Positions 20,049 to 27,546 of a stretch of 64,000 nucleotides of DNA are shown here, in pieces (within the stretch, counting starts at the first letter, position 1; every line of letters begins with the position of its first letter). The position numbers and the translations under genes are program-made. Source of the stretch: a bacterium (GTDB lineage: Bacteria > Zhuqueibacterota > Zhuqueibacteria > Residuimicrobiales > Krinioviventaceae); the NCBI GenBank assembly GCA_963675755.2, contig CAXXMD010000003.1, forward strand, positions 3,264,001 to 3,328,000, written 5' to 3'. Under the pieces are notes generated by a model. It was not told the DNA's origin, did no database searches, and was given only the letters and a program-made list of their open reading frames with translations.

Positions 20049-21605
20049 ATGGCTAAAGTATCTCGTAGAAATTTCACAAAAATGATGGCAGGGGGAATTA
20101 TATCGAGTGCGGCCGTTACTTCTACAATTGCACCTAAAAATGCACAGGCTGCTAAAAAGAAACCCAATATTGTTTTTATCTGTTCGGACCAACATAGTTA
20201 TAAAGTCAATGGATTTATGGGGCACCCTATTGTACGAACACCCAACCTTGATCGTATTGCAAACGAGGGTGTTGTGTTTGATAATGCATACAGCGGGCAT
20301 CCGGTATGTACCCCGGGACGAGCCAGTATGATGACAGGAATGTTTGCGCATGACAGCAATTCTTTCTGCAATTCAACCGTTTGGGATGGAAGCCAGCCGC
20401 TGTGGTCCAGTTATTTAAAAGATGAAGGGTATTATTGCAGGGCTATAGGTAAGCTCGATCTTTCAGATGAACATGACACCGGTTTTGAAGAAATAGAAAC
20501 ATCGCATGGGCATCAATATAAACCGGATATCACCTCTTTGTTTCGCAGACCGGTTGCATATCGCGTGAATGAACGTCTCAATGTGGATGGAGAGTCACGT
20601 AATAAAGCACACAAGGATGCGGAAAAGACTCAACTCGGACTCGATTTTTTACAAAAAGAAGCCAAAGATAAAAAACAGCCCTGGGCATTATACGTGGGTT
20701 TGACCCAGCCGCATCCCGCGTTTGTTGCGTTAAAAAAATATTATGACATGTATCCATCATACAGCATGGATATGCCCAATATTCCACCGGGATTTTTGGA
20801 AAAACAACATCTGGTTTACCAGGAGTTACAGAGATTCAAAAGGATTGCCACACCTATCAGTGAAGAGAGAATACGCAAGGCACGTGCCGCGTATTATGGA
20901 ATGGTGTCTGAATTGGACGAGTATGTAGGCAAGATTTATAATGAACTGAAACAGTCCGGCGAGTTGGACAATACCTTGTTTATATATACTTCCGATCATG
21001 GAGAATCTTTGGGTGAACATGGTTTGTGGTTCAAGAATAATTTGTATGATATGGCTGCACGTGTTCCGCTGGTAATGGCAGGTGCTGGTTTACCAAAGGG
21101 TAAGCGGGTACCGGCACCTGTGGCGCATGTTGATGTAGCCGCCAGTATGCTGGATCTTGCCGGATCAGATGGAGTTAAAAAGCTGCGTGGACACTCTTTG
21201 ATTCCTATGGTGTTTGACCAAAAAGGTGACCATCCGGGATACGCGTTTAGCGAATGCCATTCGGAGGGCAATGCTACCGGTTCATATATGATCCGTAAAG
21301 GTGACTGGAAATATATCCATTTTACCTGGTACGATGACATGTTGTTCAATATGAAAAAAGATCCCGGCGAGTTCAATAACCTTATTGATGATCCCGCGGC
21401 TCAGGATGTGAGAAAAGAGCTTGAAGGTATTCTCAATTCATTGGTAGACACGGATGCGGTTACCCTTGAAGCATTCAAAGCCCAGGAGGAAAAGCTGAAC
21501 AGTATTGCAAAAGATAAAACCGTTACTGATTTGTTTGAACTGTTTAAAGGGCGTTTGGGAGATGGACTTGCCATGGCGCTTGCTATGAAGACAAAAGGGA
21601 ATTGA
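20049..21605 (+). CDS. S1 sulfatase (choline-sulfatase-like subfamily), Tat-exported
   Basis: SRRNFTK Tat motif; PNIVFICSDQH, CTPGRASMMTG, QPHP, TSDHGE.LGEHGLWFK. Confidence 0.92.
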   Translation: MAKVSRRNFTKMMAGGIISSAAVTSTIAPKNAQAAKKKPNIVFICSDQHSYKVNGFMGHPIVRTPNLDRIANEGVVFDNAYSGHPVCTPGRASMMTGMFAHDSNSFCNSTVWDGSQPLWSSYLKDEGYYCRAIGKLDLSDEHDTGFEEIETSHGHQYKPDITSLFRRPVAYRVNERLNVDGESRNKAHKDAEKTQLGLDFLQKEAKDKKQPWALYVGLTQPHPAFVALKKYYDMYPSYSMDMPNIPPGFLEKQHLVYQELQRFKRIATPISEERIRKARAAYYGMVSELDEYVGKIYNELKQSGELDNTLFIYTSDHGESLGEHGLWFKNNLYDMAARVPLVMAGAGLPKGKRVPAPVAHVDVAASMLDLAGSDGVKKLRGHSLIPMVFDQKGDHPGYAFSECHSEGNATGSYMIRKGDWKYIHFTWYDDMLFNMKKDPGEFNNLIDDPAAQDVRKELEGILNSLVDTDAVTLEAFKAQEEKLNSIAKDKTVTDLFELFKGRLGDGLAMALAMKTKGN

Positions 21606-21606
21606 T

Positions 21607-22953
21607 ATGAGACGTAGAGAATTTATGAAATCATTGGGAGTACTGGCGGCTACAACAATGACCGGCAGTATTGCCTGCTCGAAGCCCAAAAAGCTGCCCA
21701 ATATTGTATTGATCATCTCTGATGATACCGGGTGGCATGATGTAGGGTATCATGGATCAAAAATTAAGACACCGGTTTTAGATAAACTGGCAAAAGAAAA
21801 CGTAGAGCTAGACCGGTTTTATGTGTATCCTGTATGTTCACCCACACGAGCTTCATTGTTGGGAGGAAGACCTCCAAGCAGATGGGGGATTAATGCACCC
21901 ATTGGCGGCAGAAGTAAACAGGCATTGCCGCATGAGCAGCCCACGCTGGCGGGATTGCTGAAAACAGTAGGCTATAAAACGGCACTGGCTGGTAAATGGC
22001 ACCTGGGATTACGACCGGAAGTGGGTCCCCGAAAATACGGATTTGACAGTACCTATGGCTATCTGCATGGGCAGATCGATCAGTATACGCATCATTATAA
22101 AAACGGAGATCGCAGCTGGCACCGCAATGACCAGTTTATTGATGAAGAAGGGCATGCAACTGATCTCATCACAAACGAAGCCAAGCGAGTGATAAGTGAT
22201 TGGAGCAAGGGCCCGGAACCCTTTTTCCTGCACATTGCGTACAGTGTACCGCACTATCCTTTACAGGAAGAGAAAAAATGGGTTGATCCCTATAATGATA
22301 TTATTGAAAACAAGTCACGCAGATTGTTTGCGGCATCTATGACGCACATGGATACTCGTATTGGCGATGTACTTGAGACCATAAAAACATCAGGAATTGA
22401 ACAGGACACTCTGGTTATCTATCTAAGTGACAATGGCGGGCAAAAGGATTGGTACCCCTCAACCGAGTATAACCTGAAACATGGTCCCAATGATGTGCTG
22501 GGAAATAACCTGCCGCTCAATGGTTGGAAAGGCGATCTGTATGAGGGCGGTATCCGTGTACCGGCAATTGTAAGATGGCCTGGAAAACTCGGTAGCGCCA
22601 AAGTAGATGAAACTATTATTGTTTATGATATTTTGACAACCGTATCCAAGCTGACCGGTGTAACTTTTCAGCAGGACTGGGTATATGAAGGAATCGATGT
22701 TTGGCCCGTACTTGCAGAACAATCTAAACTCCCGGAAAGAGTATTGTACTGGCGTTCAAATAAAGAATATGCTGTGCGCAAAGGCAACTGGAAGCTGGTC
22801 CATGTTGGTAAAAAATTGGATGAGGGAGAAGAGTTGCTCTTTGATGTGATTGCGGATCCGTATGAACAATCGAATGTTGTTGGCGATCACCCGAATGTTG
22901 TGGCAGTTCTAAAAGCCGAGATGGTAAAGCAAGCAGCAATGGATTTGGAATAA
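21607..22953 (+). CDS. S1 arylsulfatase, Tat lipoprotein
   Basis: MRRREFMK with SIAC lipobox; ISDDTG, CSPTRASLL, GKWHLG, VPHYP, SDNGG, YEGGIRVP. Confidence 0.93.
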   Translation: MRRREFMKSLGVLAATTMTGSIACSKPKKLPNIVLIISDDTGWHDVGYHGSKIKTPVLDKLAKENVELDRFYVYPVCSPTRASLLGGRPPSRWGINAPIGGRSKQALPHEQPTLAGLLKTVGYKTALAGKWHLGLRPEVGPRKYGFDSTYGYLHGQIDQYTHHYKNGDRSWHRNDQFIDEEGHATDLITNEAKRVISDWSKGPEPFFLHIAYSVPHYPLQEEKKWVDPYNDIIENKSRRLFAASMTHMDTRIGDVLETIKTSGIEQDTLVIYLSDNGGQKDWYPSTEYNLKHGPNDVLGNNLPLNGWKGDLYEGGIRVPAIVRWPGKLGSAKVDETIIVYDILTTVSKLTGVTFQQDWVYEGIDVWPVLAEQSKLPERVLYWRSNKEYAVRKGNWKLVHVGKKLDEGEELLFDVIADPYEQSNVVGDHPNVVAVLKAEMVKQAAMDLE

Positions 22954-22984
22954 AAAAAAGCCGCTAATTTTAGCGGCTTTTTTT
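22952..22984. terminator. bidirectional intrinsic terminator
   Basis: A8-GCCGCTA...TAGCGGC-T7 between convergent genes. Confidence 0.9.
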
Positions 22985-23003
22985 ATTATGGTTTTACATA
23001 TAT

Positions 23004-24254
23004 CTACTTTATCAGCAAAATCTTTTGCAAAATACTATCATTCCCGCTCTGCCATTTTACAAAATAAACACCACTGTGCAGGTCCTTGGGGGTATAATGT
23101 AATATATAGGTGCCGGGTTTGTGGTATTCAGATTTGAGAGTTTCTATATGCTGTCCTATTACATTGTATACATCCGCGTGTACCATGCCGGGTGAATTCA
23201 CCTTGTACGAGAAAACCGTTGACGCGTTAAAGGGATTGGGATAGGCATTGCTCAGTTCAAAAGATTTCGGGAGTACTATTTCATTTTGAGTTATGCCGGT
23301 TGTACTGTTGAAAACAATATCGGTACAGACGGGCAGGTGGTCCGATGCAAGATAGAGGGCATCTGCAATACTGTCAGCAACGGCCTGGTTGGTGCCGCCG
23401 TTGATATTGTTATTGAAATGTAGTCCGTCATTGCCAAAGGCTTGATAAGATTCAGGAATACAGTACCAATCGCCTGGTTCCATTAAAGCTTTAGATACGA
23501 GAATAAAATCAAAACGGTCATCCATGCCGCCGCCGGCCCCATCATCTACACTGGAATAACGGGTTGACTGGGTATGGTAGGGGGTAATAGAACGGCTGTT
23601 ATTGTTATGCCAGGCAACCATGAGATCCACAGGATCATAGCATCTGCCATTGTTGTTTTCCTGCTCGCCAATTAACACCTGGTAGGCTTCTTCCTGTGCG
23701 GTGTAGAGATTGAAATCTCCGGCAACAAAAAAGCAAGCGTCCGATGGAAGCTGATCCAGCTCTGCGCGCAAGATCTCTGCTTCGTTTTTGCGCAAAAGTC
23801 TTGACCTGTCATCGTCACTGGCTTTGAGGTGCACAGAGTAGATGCGCAGTTTGGGTGCGTCTGAATTGGTTTTCAAGGTAAACATATATTCGCTGAAATC
23901 TCTTAATCCGGATTGGATCTGTCTGTTAGACAAGAGAGATATTCTGGACTTTTTATAAAACATCATATTGTCAGTATCATTGCCATCGACATAAGGAGCA
24001 TTACTGTAGGTGTCCGGCATATAATAATTTAATATATCATTCCTAAAATAATCTACTCCGCTTTCAGATGTGAGTTCCTGAATGACGAGTACATCGGGCT
24101 GCATTTCGTTCAATACTTTACGGAAACCGGGGATGCGATTCTGTGCATTGACGTCTGGGAATTTCAAAGTATTCCATGTAGCAATACGCAGAGTGTCTTG
24201 AGCATTAGCAAATCCAAAACAAAATAATATATTCAGTAACAAAAATTTTTTCAT
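23004..24254 (-). CDS. secreted exonuclease/endonuclease/phosphatase (EEP, DNase I-like) protein with C-terminal T9SS-type sorting domain
   Basis: Signal peptide; ATWN, DVLVIQE, VHLKA, AGDFN, RFDFILVS and SDHLPV catalytic motifs; C-terminal NAYPNPFN...VYNVIGQ...SGVYF...KILLIK. Confidence 0.88.
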   Translation of the reverse strand: MKKFLLLNILFCFGFANAQDTLRIATWNTLKFPDVNAQNRIPGFRKVLNEMQPDVLVIQELTSESGVDYFRNDILNYYMPDTYSNAPYVDGNDTDNMMFYKKSRISLLSNRQIQSGLRDFSEYMFTLKTNSDAPKLRIYSVHLKASDDDRSRLLRKNEAEILRAELDQLPSDACFFVAGDFNLYTAQEEAYQVLIGEQENNNGRCYDPVDLMVAWHNNNSRSITPYHTQSTRYSSVDDGAGGGMDDRFDFILVSKALMEPGDWYCIPESYQAFGNDGLHFNNNINGGTNQAVADSIADALYLASDHLPVCTDIVFNSTTGITQNEIVLPKSFELSNAYPNPFNASTVFSYKVNSPGMVHADVYNVIGQHIETLKSEYHKPGTYILHYTPKDLHSGVYFVKWQSGNDSILQKILLIK

Positions 24255-24367
24255 ATTAAACTCCAGTTTGATTCTTGAATAATATACAAAATTTTAACCA
24301 GTAACCCAAATGTACAATGTGTTTCCGTTTTTACTAAAAAAATTGTATCTTGTAAAAAGGAGATTCG

Positions 24368-25057
24368 ATGAAAAAGATATTATTTTTGTTTTTGCTTACA
24401 TTTTCGATTCTATTTGGTTGTAATTCCAATAAAAACAATGATATTCTGACTTTAATGAATGTGGGTGATTCATTGCCTTCAACCCATCCGGATGAATGGC
24501 TTATGGCATTTGTGGATGTAGAGACTACGGGGTTGATTCCCGGATATCATGAGATGATTGATGTCGGTATGGTGATAACAGACCTTGATGGAAATGTAAT
24601 TGATAGTATGTTTTGTCTTGTTCAGCCAGAGCATCCGGAGCGGTTGTCTGAAGGTGCCTATGCTGTAAACGCATTTGATCCGCAGATCTGGAAGTCAAGA
24701 GGAGCATTGACTCCTAAAGCTGCTGTAGACAGTATAATGTCATTTCACAAACGGGTTTCAGATGGCAGGTATGTTTTATTGACGGCATTTAACAGCCAGT
24801 TTGATACGGCTTTTATGGATCATTTGTTCAGGTCATGTGATCATTCATGGCGAGAGCTGTTTCATTATATGGTGCTCGATGTACCCTCTATGGCATGGGG
24901 ACTCGGTTTTCGAGATATAAGGCCCTATACTTTGATGGAAAAATATAATGTACAAGATGAGCCACATGTTGCGAAAGATCATACCGGAATAACAGGTGCC
25001 ATGCTGAATGTTCGTATTTATCAGGCGATTATTTATCATTTAGAGCATATTCGGTAA
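24368..25057 (+). CDS. DEDD(h)/DnaQ-like 3'-5' exonuclease-fold lipoprotein
   Basis: Lipobox LFGC; ExoI VDVETTG, ExoII FNSQFD, ExoIII-like HTGITGA lacking the last Asp. Confidence 0.8.
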   Translation: MKKILFLFLLTFSILFGCNSNKNNDILTLMNVGDSLPSTHPDEWLMAFVDVETTGLIPGYHEMIDVGMVITDLDGNVIDSMFCLVQPEHPERLSEGAYAVNAFDPQIWKSRGALTPKAAVDSIMSFHKRVSDGRYVLLTAFNSQFDTAFMDHLFRSCDHSWRELFHYMVLDVPSMAWGLGFRDIRPYTLMEKYNVQDEPHVAKDHTGITGAMLNVRIYQAIIYHLEHIR

Positions 25058-25129
25058 ATTTACTGTTGACTCGTAAGTTAAAAATGTTAAATTGAATTGT
25101 TGAAAATGATGTGACCCCGCTGATATGAG

Positions 25130-25167
25130 ATTAAGATATTCTTAATTGTGGCTTAATATTGCCTTAA
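25130..25167 (+). promoter_or_regulatory. four 11-bp-spaced (A/C)TTAA direct repeats, OmpR/PhoB-type box candidate
   Basis: ATTAA 25130, CTTAA 25141, CTTAA 25152, CTTAA 25163. Includes the inverted repeat ATTAAGA-TAT-TCTTAAT (25130-25146). Confidence 0.4.
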
Positions 25168-25190
25168 ATCCTAGTCCTTAAAATTAAATC

Positions 25191-25220
25191 TTGAATTATG
25201 AAAATTTTGTGTTTTATAAT
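25191..25220 (+). promoter_or_regulatory. sigma70-type promoter of the TBDR/PorV operon
   Basis: TTGAAT (25191-25196), 18-bp spacer, perfect TATAAT (25215-25220), 36 bp before ATG 25257. Confidence 0.55.
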
Positions 25221-25256
25221 TTCCTGCAATTGTTCACTTAAACGATATAGAAAAGT

Positions 25257-27518
25257 ATGAAATTAAGTAATGTTGTTATCCTGAATTTATTATTAGTAGT
25301 TACTACCGGGTTATTCTCTCAAGCACCAAAGCGCCCCTCATATATACCACAAGATCTCAAAAAAGTAGATGTCGATGATTACTGGCATTATCATGATGTT
25401 GGTAACCTGGGTTTGTCTATTACCAACTATGGTGTATTGGGTGAAGGATATAATAACCCCGATCAACCGTCTTGTATGTATCAGTTGAATACTGATAATA
25501 TGAGAAAACAAGTTGAGCATATGTCATATGGTGGTTTGTGGATAGGCGGTCGTGGTGGTAACGATGGTGCTGTACATGTTTCAACGGCAATCATTGATGG
25601 TGTGTTTGAAGCAGGTGAAGAAGGTTTTGAATTTACCAACACCAGCGATGCCGGTGATACCATTCGGGTTCGTTCTTCCATACCTACATCTCCGTCTTTT
25701 GATCCGCAGGCTGTTTCACATCAGGATTTTATTTGTGATTTTACGGATGTGAACACAGTAGTTCCTGGATCTGATTTTGAGATCCCTAATCATAATCCTC
25801 TTGGCTTGATGGTCCATCAGGAATCCTATGCGTGGAACTTTTCCTATACGGATGCATTTATCATTTTAAACTATACGATTACCAATATTAACAGTTCTCC
25901 CATAACGGATATTTATGCCGGATTTTGGGCGGATGCTGCAATTGGTAATATGAATTATACCAGTATTTATGAACCCGGTGGCGGTTGGTCCTGGTATGAT
26001 AATATGAATGGCTTTGATGATGATTACAAGATGGCGTTTCAGTATGATGATGATGGTGATGATGGTTTTGCGGAAAGCTATTTTGGTATCCGGTATCTAG
26101 GTTCTTCCGGTTCTCAAGATGATATTTTAGTAACATATGACCAATGGCAATGGTCTTCACCTTCAAGTCTTGCGTATCCTGATTATGTAATGCCCATTGA
26201 TGATGAAGGACGTTATGAGGTTATGCAGGGTCGCCATATTGGTAAATACCATAATGCGGTTACTGCGGGTGGGTATCCTACTGATCCACTGGATGCAGCG
26301 AGTTGGATGCTTGTATTGTCCGCAGGCTCGTTGGGAGATCTTGATCCCGGAGAATCATTGACCTTTACATTTGCCATTGTATGTGGTGAATGGGCCAATA
26401 AAGATGAATTAGATAATGCAGAACGACGTGCTAAATTACGTTTGAATTCGGATTGGGCGCAGATCGCTTATAATGGAGAAGATGTGGATGGCGATGGAAA
26501 ACTTGATCCCGATGAAGATGTGAATGGTAATAGTGTTCTTGATCCTGAAGAAGATGAATATAGAGCTGATCTGGATTTGAACGGTAATGGTATTTGGGAC
26601 CCGGGTGAAGAAGTCTTTGGTGATGGCGATGGAATATTGGATATTGAAGAAGATGTTTATGCCAACACGATTAAAGGTATTATAGCAGGTAATGGAACAA
26701 TTGACAGGTTTATTCTTCCCAGTCCGCCTCCATCTCCAAATCTCAAGGTTATTCCCGGAGAAGGCAAAGTTACATTGTATTGGGACAATGCCAGCGAAGA
26801 ATATGAAGATCCCATTACCCGTGAAAAAGATTTTGAAGGATACAAGATTTACAGCGCACCTAAAACTGCTGGCAGTGAAGAAGACGAAACTATTCTTGCA
26901 CAGTTTGATAAAATAAATAATCTGGGCTATGATACAGGTTTTGAATTGATCAAAGTTGATACTGTAATTGATGGAAAAACATATAATTACAGGTTTACCA
27001 ATTCTAATCTTTTGAATGGATGGCCAACTGAATATTGGTACAGTGTTACTGCATTCGATTCAGGGAATCCCGATAATAATCTTCCCAGTTTAGAGAGTTC
27101 TATACTCGAAAATAAAGTTTATGCAATTCCCGGTTCTAATCCTGCACAATCAAAAATGCGTCAGATTACAGTATTCCCCAATCCTTACAAAGCCCAGGCT
27201 ATGTGGGATGGCAGTGGAGACCGTGACCGTATGCTTTGGTTTGCAAATTTACCGGAACGTTGTACAATACGTATTTACACAATGGCTGGTGATCTGGTTG
27301 ATGAAATTGACCATGATGGTGCCACCTATGCCGGTGATGATGTTCAGCTCATGTCTGATCGAATTGCCGGTAATAATACAGTTCTTTCAGGCGGTATGCA
27401 CGCCTGGGACCTGATCTCAACACATGATCAGGCAATTGCTACCGGTCTCTATATTTATAGTGTTGAAGATTTAGATACTGGTGACACGCAAGTAAGCAAG
27501 TTTGTAATTATAAAATAG
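25257..27518 (+). CDS. secreted protein of unknown function with Ca-binding DxDxDG repeats, an FN3-like domain and a T9SS-like C-terminal domain
   Basis: Signal peptide; N-terminal HDVGNLGLSITNYG..GGLWIG domain; PPPSPNL..VTLYWD..FEGYKIY..YWYSVTAFD (FN3-like); VFPNPY..IRIYTMAGDLV..WD..IATGLYIY..KFVIIK. Confidence 0.7.
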   Translation: MKLSNVVILNLLLVVTTGLFSQAPKRPSYIPQDLKKVDVDDYWHYHDVGNLGLSITNYGVLGEGYNNPDQPSCMYQLNTDNMRKQVEHMSYGGLWIGGRGGNDGAVHVSTAIIDGVFEAGEEGFEFTNTSDAGDTIRVRSSIPTSPSFDPQAVSHQDFICDFTDVNTVVPGSDFEIPNHNPLGLMVHQESYAWNFSYTDAFIILNYTITNINSSPITDIYAGFWADAAIGNMNYTSIYEPGGGWSWYDNMNGFDDDYKMAFQYDDDGDDGFAESYFGIRYLGSSGSQDDILVTYDQWQWSSPSSLAYPDYVMPIDDEGRYEVMQGRHIGKYHNAVTAGGYPTDPLDAASWMLVLSAGSLGDLDPGESLTFTFAIVCGEWANKDELDNAERRAKLRLNSDWAQIAYNGEDVDGDGKLDPDEDVNGNSVLDPEEDEYRADLDLNGNGIWDPGEEVFGDGDGILDIEEDVYANTIKGIIAGNGTIDRFILPSPPPSPNLKVIPGEGKVTLYWDNASEEYEDPITREKDFEGYKIYSAPKTAGSEEDETILAQFDKINNLGYDTGFELIKVDTVIDGKTYNYRFTNSNLLNGWPTEYWYSVTAFDSGNPDNNLPSLESSILENKVYAIPGSNPAQSKMRQITVFPNPYKAQAMWDGSGDRDRMLWFANLPERCTIRIYTMAGDLVDEIDHDGATYAGDDVQLMSDRIAGNNTVLSGGMHAWDLISTHDQAIATGLYIYSVEDLDTGDTQVSKFVIIK

Positions 27519-27546
27519 TTTAATCATTTAACGAAAGGAGCACTCT

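Noticed and set aside
25100-25150. Riboswitch (fluoride/c-di-AMP-like GCTGAT motif) in the leader of 25257
   Set aside because: The required paired regions and conserved flanks are missing, and it lies upstream of the best promoter candidate.
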